Virus record (IMG/VR): IMGVR_UViG_3300029822_000052
Span: 1-30,616 of that record
Origin: a virus
Taxonomy: Duplodnaviria; Caudoviricetes
Length of the DNA stretch: 30,616 nt
Direction: 5' to 3' (one strand)
Positions within the stretch are counted from its first letter, which is position 1, and each line of letters starts with the position of its first letter. This document shows, piece by piece, positions 17,084 through 24,059 of this stretch. Under the pieces are notes generated by a model. That model was given only the letters and a program-made list of their open reading frames with translations. It was not told the DNA's origin and ran no database searches. Made by a program: the position numbers and the translations under genes.

Positions 17084-17200
17084 CTAACTGGCCAAGCATA
17101 TCGAAATGGCTGATATGGCTGCTCCAATAGCGACCCATATAAGGGCTATTTTTGCCCCACGCCACATGCCTCTCTCAAAGTCGGACTTCTCTTTTTTCAT
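17084..17200 (-). CDS. 38 aa single-TM peptide
   Basis: GGGAG RBS; MKKEKSDFERGMWRGAKIALIWVAIGAAISAISICLAS. Confidence 0.5.
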   Translation of the reverse strand: MKKEKSDFERGMWRGAKIALIWVAIGAAISAISICLAS

Positions 17201-17256
17201 TGATTGCTACGCTCCCTTCTTTATCTCTTCCTGATACTCCGTTTCTAGGTCGAGTG

Positions 17257-17439
17257 TTATGCGCTCTCCCTTATCTCCGCTATGATTGCGCGGATTTTGG
17301 CTTTTTCTTCGGGGGGGAGTTCAAATCGCAGCTTCCTGCTGAAATTGCCATCATTCACGCCGTACCGCTCGGCAACCTGCCACATTTTCAGGCCAGCCCC
17401 TTCAATTTCTTCTCGTATATCTTGATTGCTTTTGCTCAT
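17257..17439 (-). CDS. Cro-like HTH repressor
   Basis: 60 aa, LKMWQVAERYGVNDGNFSRKLR; AAGGAGG RBS; first gene after the consensus promoter. Confidence 0.8.
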   Translation of the reverse strand: MSKSNQDIREEIEGAGLKMWQVAERYGVNDGNFSRKLRFELPPEEKAKIRAIIAEIRESA

Positions 17440-17458
17440 GCGATAGGCCTCCTTTCGC

Positions 17459-17487
17459 TTGTTTTTATGGGGTTCTTGGTGTAGAAT
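17459..17487 (+). promoter_or_regulatory. Rightward promoter facing the lytic promoter
   Basis: TTGTTT-17-TAGAAT. Confidence 0.45.
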
Positions 17488-17505
17488 GTTGTTGTTGATA
17501 GGTCT

Positions 17506-17568
17506 ATTATATTCCGTATTATTACGGATGTCAATAGATTTACGGAAATAGTTTCTTAATTTTACGGA
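17506..17568 (-). promoter_or_regulatory. Lytic promoter 1 with repressor operators
   Basis: Perfect TTGACA-17-TATAAT (17534-17506); palindrome TCCGTA-N4-TACGGA in the spacer (17513-17528); more TACGGA half-sites at 17541 and 17563. Confidence 0.85.
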
Positions 17569-17589
17569 TTTTTTCGAAAGGCGGTTAAA

Positions 17590-17730
17590 ATGCAGCTCGA
17601 AGAAGGCAGTATTATAGCAATCGTTGTAGCAATAGCAAGCGCCGTTGTTAGCGTATACATTTGCAGAATGACTATAAAAAATGACAATAAGAATAGAGAA
17701 ATAGAGAAAAAAAATAGCCGCTCTGAATAA
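17590..17730 (+). CDS. 46 aa membrane-anchored peptide, possibly truncated
   Basis: GAAAGGCGG RBS; MQLEEGSIIAIVVAIASAVVSVYICRMTIKNDNKNREIEKKNSRSE; A8 run just before the stop. Confidence 0.5.
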   Translation: MQLEEGSIIAIVVAIASAVVSVYICRMTIKNDNKNREIEKKNSRSE

Positions 17731-17802
17731 ACGTAGTATTTTGAATTAAAGGGAACCGCGTATCTCATCGCATCGGCGCTTAAAAATATGAACTTATAAG
17801 CG

Positions 17803-18030
17803 CTATTCGAAATGTAGGTTGCGTAGAGGAACGCTGAGCGTGAGTGTAATGGAACGACCAATCTTGTTGTCGACTGTTATTGAAGCGGCTGTAAGTCCAC
17901 GCACCTTCACATCGTCAATAAAGACTGTGAAGACACCAATATCCTTTGTTCCCTTAAATGTAATATGAGGATAGCCATCTGATTGTTTTTCAAGGTCGTC
18001 GTACGGGTTAATGTTCACTGTATTGTTCAT
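17803..18030 (-). CDS. 75 aa hypothetical protein
   Basis: Starts at the ATG inside leader repeat A (GGGAG RBS). Confidence 0.65.
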   Translation of the reverse strand: MNNTVNINPYDDLEKQSDGYPHITFKGTKDIGVFTVFIDDVKVRGLTAASITVDNKIGRSITLTLSVPLRNLHFE

Positions 18031-18080
18031 GTAATGCTCCCTTCGGGGTTTGTAATAAATAGTTAAAAGGATGGTTCATA

Positions 18081-18299
18081 ATGACTAAAAAATATGACAT
18101 TAGCAAAAGTTCGGACATGAAACGCTTTACCGCAGATATTGAAAAAGAAGTCAAGAAGCAGGCGCGGTCTGCGGTCGACAAGATTCCTATTGAAATCAAA
18201 TGTCCGCATTGCAAAGCTACTATCAAAACACATGCTGGTAAAAGCATTTGCCCGTTTTGCAAGAAGGAAATCAATCTAAAACTTGACAAAAACTTTTAG
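18081..18299 (+). CDS. 72 aa zinc-ribbon protein
   Basis: AAGGA RBS; CPHC-N12-CPFC. Confidence 0.75.
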   Translation: MTKKYDISKSSDMKRFTADIEKEVKKQARSAVDKIPIEIKCPHCKATIKTHAGKSICPFCKKEINLKLDKNF

Positions 18300-18434
18300 C
18301 TTTTTGCATTCCTTCCGCAGTTCTTTGGATAAGGCTTTGGCTTCCAAGAGCAGCTTATGCAGTTTCTCTACTTTTGCAATGGCGGCGACGGCCTCCGTTG
18401 CATCTACACTTGCATGGATGGTTACTTCTTTCAT
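18276..18434 (-). CDS. 52 aa hypothetical protein
   Basis: Translated by hand from the ATG in leader repeat B: MKEVTIHASVDATEAVAAIAKVEKLHKLLLEAKALSKELRKECKKLKVFVKF. Confidence 0.6.
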   Translation of the reverse strand: MKEVTIHASVDATEAVAAIAKVEKLHKLLLEAKALSKELRKECKKLKVFVKF

Positions 18435-18474
18435 GTAATACTCCCTTCGGGGTTTGTATAAAGAGTTTGGAATT

Positions 18475-18865
18475 GCCCTATTTAGGGCGGAAAGGAAGGT
18501 GCTGCAAGGTGGAAATACTCACAAGCACACTTTTGTTCCCGCCCCGTTCCTTTGGGCGATGGGCACTATCGTCGGAGGGCGATCCATCGCTTCCCGCCTG
18601 CTAAAGGGGCATAAAACTTGAAGCGAAATCACAATCGCTTAAGTAGCGGGATGTTTCATAGAAACGGTAGCGTTAACTACCGTGTCTGCACCGACCGGGT
18701 GGCCGCCCGGGTGATTGGGCTAAAACCGTGAACGGGTGATGCCGCGCGCTCAGTTGCCCAGCCTGAGAGAAAATGGCCGTAAAACCGGGGCAGACTGCAA
18801 AGCACAAAGGTGAAAACATGTGGCGTAGATGGCTCTTGGTTAACGACAAGGGCTGTCTATGGTTA
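18475..18865 (+). ncRNA. Candidate large structured ncRNA (unassigned family)
   Basis: No long ORF with a credible start; at least 10 helices and 2 pseudoknots found by eye; non-canonical pairs are G-U on the plus strand; GAAA loops. Confidence 0.65.
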
Positions 18866-18901
18866 TCACTTTTGTTCCCCCTCTGGGGTTTGTATATAGA
18901 T

Positions 18902-18930
18902 AGTATATTCCGTAATTATACGGATGTCAA
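18902..18930 (-). promoter_or_regulatory. Lytic promoter 2 with the same operator
   Basis: TTGACA-17-TATACT; TCCGTA-ATTA-TACGGA at 18909-18924; near-identical to 17506-17534. Confidence 0.85.
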
Positions 18931-18946
18931 ATAGAAAGGCCACTTT

Positions 18947-19306
18947 ATGGATAACTCATTGATAATTGAACGTATAAAAGAACAATGTGCTGCCAAAGGG
19001 ATAAGCGTCAACAAAGCACTGCTAGAAAGCGGGTTGAGTAAAAGCATTGTTGACAATTTGAAAAAAGGATCAGCGCCATCCATAGATAAAATGGCTGTTC
19101 TCGCGGACTATCTGAATTGCTCGGTCGACTACCTCCTCGGGCGCACCCCCGCCCCCAACGTTACCGAACCAGAACAACGCATCGAAGCCTACGACCTTAT
19201 GCCCGGGTACGGGTATTCTGACCTTGACGACGAAGACAAGGCGTTTGTTGAGCAGCAGCAGAAGTTGTTGGTAGAGCAGTTGTTGAAGAAGAAGGGGAAG
19301 AAGTAG
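18947..19306 (+). CDS. CI/ImmR-like repressor (XRE HTH, no autoprotease domain)
   Basis: KGISVNKALLESGLSKSIVDNLKKGSAPSIDK..LADYLNCSVDYLLGRT. Confidence 0.9.
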   Translation: MDNSLIIERIKEQCAAKGISVNKALLESGLSKSIVDNLKKGSAPSIDKMAVLADYLNCSVDYLLGRTPAPNVTEPEQRIEAYDLMPGYGYSDLDDEDKAFVEQQQKLLVEQLLKKKGKK

Positions 19307-19316
19307 TGCACAATAG

Positions 19317-19385
19317 GTTGTGTTAAAAAGTTAACATTTACACAACATTTCAGGGGTTTACAAATCGTCTCAATGTGGTTAGTAT
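19317..19385 (+). promoter_or_regulatory. Inverted repeat and promoter of the accessory cassette
   Basis: GTTGTGT-N16-ACACAAC (19317-19346); TTTACA-17-TAGTAT (19357-19385). Confidence 0.45.
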
Positions 19386-19405
19386 AGTTGTAGGAGTTGA
19401 TAGAT

Positions 19406-19579
19406 ATGGCTACAAAAAGTATATTTAAAGATGTAAGAATAAAAAATAAAGAACTCGCCAAAAAGTTTGTCTGCGCCTTAGAGAATGCTGAAAAAGTACC
19501 ACAGAGAGATGTCTTGATGTCAAAAAAATGCTCCGAAGCTTCCACTGAATCAATAAAGGAGCTATTTAAAGACTGCTAA
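19406..19579 (+). CDS. Small protein of the type found upstream of GNAT acetyltransferases (putative antitoxin)
   Basis: MATKSIFKDVRIKNKELAKKFVCALENA; AAGGAG RBS; stop overlaps the next ATG; family recalled from memory. Confidence 0.6.
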   Translation: MATKSIFKDVRIKNKELAKKFVCALENAEKVPQRDVLMSKKCSEASTESIKELFKDC

Positions 19580-19947
19580 TGACAGGCTTCACGATTGTTG
19601 CACTTGAAAAAATGCTCGGCCAACTGGGAGAGGAAAAATGCGAACACATACTTTCCCAGTTTTCTTGTCCTCTAAACAAGGACGTGGAAGAATTCATACA
19701 AAGCAAGAAGAAAATCATTGAGTTTTCAAAGCAAAAAATTGCGATGTCATACCTTGTACTGGCTTCCTACAAGAAGAGCCACGGAAGGCCAATATCTATT
19801 GAAGACCTATCAATTCTTAAGTTGAAAATTGATGACTATAGTGATAAAATGGAGCTAAGAACTGCCATTCAACACTATTACGGATTGGCGACAGATTATA
19901 TGCAGAAAAACAGAATGGAATTCTTTTTACAAACGAGGAGGAAATGA
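19579..19947 (+). pseudogene. Probable chimera: GNAT toxin-like N-terminus fused to a Clp-fold/SDH-type protease-like C-terminus
   Basis: FSCPLNKDVEEFI..IEFSKQKIAMSYLV then an abrupt change to KSHGRPISIEDL..LKLKIDDYS at ~19770. Confidence 0.5.
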
Positions 19948-20144
19948 TAATGAGCGTTGTTGAACACATTGAGAAAATCACACCCCCTTCACTGAATCCA
20001 GAGCATTTGGAAAAGTTTAGTAATGCCGACAAAATGCTTGACGCTTTAATTGCAAGTGGGATCACAAAAAAACGCGAAAGCAAAGTTGGTATTATATCCG
20101 AGCTTGACCGTGCTCGCGTTGCTAACAGTTTTTGTAAAAGGTAG
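19944..20144 (+). CDS. Hypothetical protein
   Basis: GAGGAGG RBS; coupled to the previous ORF. Confidence 0.65.
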   Translation: MIMSVVEHIEKITPPSLNPEHLEKFSNADKMLDALIASGITKKRESKVGIISELDRARVANSFCKR

Positions 20145-20226
20145 CCTGTATTATTTTCTTTTGTTTACCTAGAATTTCACCCCCATATGATATCCTAATT
20201 ATATAGATAGTAAGGGGGTGTTTTTT

Positions 20227-20709
20227 ATGACAAAAGAAGAAAGAATAGACCAGATAATCTACGATAGAAACATTCTTTGTGGTGAAATATACCTGGGCGA
20301 GAAAGTCCGGGGCAAGTATAGCAAAAGCAGCAACGGTAAAATTATATGCATCAATACAATCCTAAGTGACAGACAACGATACGAAACCAAAGTCCACGAG
20401 GTCATTCACGATGAATACACAATGGTTGATTTGGTGTCTGCTCCTACGGATGTTATCCGCATAGAAGAAGCCCGCGTCAGGCGTTGGGAGATAGAATACC
20501 TTATGCCTGTGGATAGTCTCATGGAAGCGTTCTTCAAAGGCTACACAACGCCTTTAGATTTGGCAGATTTTTTAGAAATAACGCCCGAAAAGCTGGATGA
20601 AGGCTTTAAGCTATATATCGGTATCCACGGCTATGAGTCCATTCACGGACAATACCGGGTGCAGTGGCAGCCGTTTGAAGTTAAGAAGGATAGAAGATTA
20701 AAACCATGA
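20227..20709 (+). CDS. ImmA/IrrE-family Zn metallopeptidase (anti-repressor protease)
   Basis: ICIN..LS..Q...HEVIH...EE.R.RR....LMP....LADFLEIT; between the repressor and the integrase. Confidence 0.85.
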   Translation: MTKEERIDQIIYDRNILCGEIYLGEKVRGKYSKSSNGKIICINTILSDRQRYETKVHEVIHDEYTMVDLVSAPTDVIRIEEARVRRWEIEYLMPVDSLMEAFFKGYTTPLDLADFLEITPEKLDEGFKLYIGIHGYESIHGQYRVQWQPFEVKKDRRLKP

Positions 20710-21785
20710 ACTGTATTAAATGTAAAACTGAATTGCCGCCTGACGCTGTTTTTTGCCATATCTGTGGGCGCAAGCAAACACGATCCACCCGTACGCCTAA
20801 AAGCCGTGGAAACGGGCAAGGGAGCGTGTACAAACGCGGGAATACGTGGACAGCGCAATTTACAAGCTATGCGGCCCATGAACGCATCACAAAGCACAAG
20901 GGTGGTTTTGCTACCAAAAAGGAAGCGCTGGCCTACATGGAGCGGCTACGCAACCAGAAACGCGAATCAAAGGTTGCGGAACTCTGGGAAATATTTAAAG
21001 AAAACACGCTACCGTCTTTATCGCAGGCAAGGCAGATTGCTCATAAAAAAGCGTATGAGCGATTGTCCACCCTTCGCACCATGAAAATGAGTGACCTCAC
21101 GATAGGCCTTATTCAAAACTGTGTAAACGAAAACGCAAACTCCCATTATACGGCGCGGGATATGAAAAGTCTTTTGTCGCACCTGTTTAAGATGGCGATG
21201 GCCCAGCAGGAAGTAAGCGTCAACCTGTCGCAGTTTATAAAACTACCAGCGCTTGATGAATCAGAACCAACTCCGTTTACAGATGATGAGCTCAAGGGCT
21301 TATGGATGCACTACGAAAGCGACGCATCGATAGGATACATCTTACTGATGATATATTCCGGCATGATGCCGGGCGAACTGATGAAGTGTCAAAAACATAT
21401 GATAGATTATGACAGGCAGGAAATCATCGGCTGCGGGCTTAAGACTAAAAAACGCAAAGAAACTCCGATTGTATTTCCAGAGTTTATTATTCCTGTATTG
21501 GATGAGCTCGCAGCAATATCACCAACAAATTTTTTGCTCGATATGAAAAAGAATCAGTTTTATGATTGGTTTAAGAATAAGATGCATGAAGTAGGATGTC
21601 GAGAACTTACACCCTATGCTTGCAGGCATACCACGGCCACGGCGTTAGCTCTCGGAAACGAGGTCGCGCCGTCAGTAATACAAAAAGTTATGCGACATTC
21701 AAAGATAACCACAACGCAAAGATATATCCACCCTGACACAGGCGATATGGTATCTGCTGTCAATACGCTTAAAAAACGTTTGTAA
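20706..21785 (+). CDS. int: Tyrosine integrase with N-terminal Zn ribbon
   Basis: CxxC/CxxC, RGNGQGSVYKRG arm-binding domain, TPYACRHT, MRHS..TTQRYIH. Confidence 0.93.
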   Translation: MNCIKCKTELPPDAVFCHICGRKQTRSTRTPKSRGNGQGSVYKRGNTWTAQFTSYAAHERITKHKGGFATKKEALAYMERLRNQKRESKVAELWEIFKENTLPSLSQARQIAHKKAYERLSTLRTMKMSDLTIGLIQNCVNENANSHYTARDMKSLLSHLFKMAMAQQEVSVNLSQFIKLPALDESEPTPFTDDELKGLWMHYESDASIGYILLMIYSGMMPGELMKCQKHMIDYDRQEIIGCGLKTKKRKETPIVFPEFIIPVLDELAAISPTNFLLDMKKNQFYDWFKNKMHEVGCRELTPYACRHTTATALALGNEVAPSVIQKVMRHSKITTTQRYIHPDTGDMVSAVNTLKKRL

Positions 21786-21848
21786 TATGTCTGTAATAGC
21801 AGCCAACTTTTCAGAACTTTCCACCACTTTTCGCAAATTCAAGGTAAA

Positions 21849-21875
21849 GAAAAAACCGCCTGTTACAGCGGTTTT
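21849..21875 (-). terminator. Terminator supplied for the restored tRNA
   Basis: ACCGCTGTAACAGGCGG-TTTTTT directly after the CCA end. Confidence 0.7.
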
Positions 21876-21934
21876 GGCGGAGAAGGAGGGATTTGAACCC
21901 TCGCGCCGGTTACCCCAGCCTACTCCCTTAGCAG
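21875..21934 (-). mobile_element. attP core: 3' half of tRNA-Ser(GCT)
   Basis: Minus strand CT-GCT-AA anticodon loop, long variable arm, GGTTCAAATCC T-arm, acceptor strand and CCA; 5' half absent. Confidence 0.9.
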
Positions 21935-22115
21935 CGCATTTCGCATGCCCTTATACAGCCGTTTGCGGGAGATATGTCTGTAGTTTGTCTGTAATATGCA
22001 CTTTTAATTACATATATTAAGTACACCAAAAAACTTAAAAATCGTACCGTTTTTTGCGTACCCTCATCATATAATAAACGTGGAGGCGGAAATATCATAC
22101 CGTTGTTTCCACAAT

Positions 22116-22145
22116 AAAAAAGACCGCCCATTCCTGGACGGCCTT
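22116..22145 (-). terminator. Terminator at the end of the late/lysis operon
   Basis: GGCCGTCCA-GGAA-TGGGCGGTC-TTTTTT. Confidence 0.8.
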
Positions 22146-22148
22146 ATC

Positions 22149-22454
22149 TCACCCTATCAACTTGCCACCAATCAGCGCCCCCACTACCAAGCTAACAACC
22201 GCTGTAACGATTGCACCTATCAGAGCATCCCAGCGCTTTGCAGGCTTCGCCTTGATCTCGTCTATATCTTTCTTGAGATCAGCCTGCCCTTTCTCCATAG
22301 TCGCTAGGCGATTGTTCATTACTTTTATTTCGGACGTGAGATCATACACCGCCCTGGTTATGGAAAGCTGCTCATCCATACGCTTAACGATTGTCTTAAT
22401 ATCGGTCTTGAGCGTGGCAATCTCGCCGTCCCTTTTGCATGCGTGGTTTTCCAT
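22149..22454 (-). CDS. Lysis-associated coiled-coil protein with C-terminal TM (XhlA/holin-like)
   Basis: Coiled coil, KPAKRWD, then a hydrophobic helix. Confidence 0.65.
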   Translation of the reverse strand: MENHACKRDGEIATLKTDIKTIVKRMDEQLSITRAVYDLTSEIKVMNNRLATMEKGQADLKKDIDEIKAKPAKRWDALIGAIVTAVVSLVVGALIGGKLIG

Positions 22455-22458
22455 GTTG

Positions 22459-22677
22459 TCACTCTCCTTTGCCGTCCTTTACCCCCTCAATCGCAGTGGA
22501 TTTCCCGAAGTAAAAGCCTATGATGATTCCCACAACACCCGACAGCCCCGTCAGGCAGGCGTTAAACATATCCTTGTCGCCCCACAGATACCCAACCCAC
22601 ATTCCGAACGCCGACGCGGCGATCCACGCCACAACGCAGACGATGGTTATAAACCTTCTTGTCATAAATCTTTTCAT
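22459..22677 (-). CDS. Holin (2 TM)
   Basis: Two hydrophobic helices, IIGFYFG motif, next to the amidase. Confidence 0.7.
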   Translation of the reverse strand: MKRFMTRRFITIVCVVAWIAASAFGMWVGYLWGDKDMFNACLTGLSGVVGIIIGFYFGKSTAIEGVKDGKGE

Positions 22678-22687
22678 ATTCTCCCCC

Positions 22688-23455
22688 TTATTTCTTACCG
22701 ATGTAAGACCAGTACATATAACCCGTTTTGCCTGTTGATTTGACGATCACCCTCGCCCACTTGTCGCCCTTGTAGTAGCTTTCCAGTGACAGCTTGGTGC
22801 CTTTAGGGTATACGCCCAAATCGGCGCTGTTCGACGTTGCAGCAGCCCTCAGTCGCGCTTCTCCCGCTGTAACCACATAGTCGTATACGCTGGACGGCTC
22901 TGTTGGCTCCGGTGCCGGAGTCACACTGCCACCAAACTGCCCGCTTACTCCTGCATACACCGCATCTGCGTATTGATAGAATTTACTATCGAACAGATCA
23001 TTGTCGCCAGCGTTCGTTACAAATCCGATCTCAACCGTGCACGCGGGCATCTTGGTTTTGTCCAATACATACACGCGATTCGCCTGTGCCTTTACTCCAC
23101 GATCCCGGCCACCCACCGAAATCATGGCAGCCTGCACCGCCTTGGCTACCTCTTTTGATTTCTTGCTTGCATGAACGCTAATCAGTGTCTCTATCCCGTG
23201 GGCGCTGGCATCTGCGCTGTTCCTATGAACGGAGATATATACATCTACCCCTGCGTCATTCGCCATTTTAACCCGATCAGATAACGACGGATAGTTGTCT
23301 GCCGTCCTTGTCATCAGCACTGTGTTCCCGCCCGCTTCAAATCGCTTTTGAAGCGCCAGCGCAAACCGCAGATTATCGTCCTTTTCTTTCCTTCCGCCAA
23401 TTCCCACGGCCCCTGAATCGTGGCCGCCGTGTCCTGCATCAATACAAATTTTCAT
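22688..23455 (-). CDS. Endolysin: N-acetylmuramoyl-L-alanine amidase (Amidase_3) with SH3-like C-terminus
   Basis: IDAGHGGHDSGA, EK, SVHRN, MPACTVEIGFVTN; Pro/Thr linker. Confidence 0.93.
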   Translation of the reverse strand: MKICIDAGHGGHDSGAVGIGGRKEKDDNLRFALALQKRFEAGGNTVLMTRTADNYPSLSDRVKMANDAGVDVYISVHRNSADASAHGIETLISVHASKKSKEVAKAVQAAMISVGGRDRGVKAQANRVYVLDKTKMPACTVEIGFVTNAGDNDLFDSKFYQYADAVYAGVSGQFGGSVTPAPEPTEPSSVYDYVVTAGEARLRAAATSNSADLGVYPKGTKLSLESYYKGDKWARVIVKSTGKTGYMYWSYIGKK

Positions 23456-23465
23456 TATACCCTCC

Positions 23466-24059
23466 TTATCCTACCCTGGTAATCGTCAGCCTTTGGAAAG
23501 GCCTGTTCGCGTCCGGCGGGCAGTTAATCGGCCCACCCGTATTGTCTGTGCTTGAGCAAATTGTTTGCACCTTGATCACGTCGCCCGCATTACAATGTGC
23601 TTTTATTTCCACGCTCACAGTAGTGGTGCCCGTCCGCACGGTGACCGCCGCCACAATTTCCTGAGCTATTTGGTCGCTGTTTTTAAAAATAGCAATGCCC
23701 CTGCGCCCGCCCGTCGTTCCTCCGTACTGATAGCACAATGCCGCCGTTATGATATAATCGCCCTCTGCCTGTATCGTCCAGTTTTTGTGCGCCGCATCAG
23801 GCACAGGCAGGTTTTCTCCCGCCTGATATATTAACGTGGGAAACGGAATATACGGCGGAACGGCCGGGTCATCCGTATACGGCACCGCCGTGATCGTGCT
23901 TCCGGACATGTATTCTATCGTGCATTTTGGCATCGGCCACACCAATGTGTCGTTTTCATCGGACACAGCAAGCGATCCGTCTTTGTAAATGGTGATATCA
24001 CCATATTCCACCCCTGTTGGGGCATCCGCAGTCGATGTCTGTTTATATATTTTTGTCAT
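23466..24059 (-). CDS. Tail/receptor-binding protein with C1q/TNF-like C-terminal domain
   Basis: TIQAEGDYIITA...IFKN...AGDVIKV beta-sandwich pattern; position in the tail module. Confidence 0.55.
   Translation of the reverse strand: MTKIYKQTSTADAPTGVEYGDITIYKDGSLAVSDENDTLVWPMPKCTIEYMSGSTITAVPYTDDPAVPPYIPFPTLIYQAGENLPVPDAAHKNWTIQAEGDYIITAALCYQYGGTTGGRRGIAIFKNSDQIAQEIVAAVTVRTGTTTVSVEIKAHCNAGDVIKVQTICSSTDNTGGPINCPPDANRPFQRLTITRVG

Larger units (their letters stand above)
18028..18898 (-). repeat. Three copies of a ~30 nt leader (A 18028-18059, B 18431-18462, C 18866-18898)
   Basis: Minus strand TACAAACCCCGAAGGGAG(C/T)ATTACATG in A and B; TACAAACCCCAGAGGGGGAACAAAAGTG in C. Confidence 0.85.
21778..21996. 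repeat. Integrase arm-type site candidates flanking the att core
   Basis: TGTCTGTA(A/G)T at 21788, 21975 and 21986; degenerate GTTTGTAAT at 21778. Confidence 0.6.

Noticed and set aside
18475-18865. tmRNA, RNase P, SRP, group I/II intron, hammerhead or twister-sister ribozyme
   Set aside because: Diagnostic motifs not found; the GCAAGG/CTCA internal loop resembles twister-sister only superficially and lacks the junction
18028-18898. CRISPR array
   Set aside because: Only three degenerate repeats about 400 bp apart, with genes between them; no cas genes
21875-21934. Complete tRNA gene
   Set aside because: The 5' acceptor strand and D-arm are missing; it is the att core
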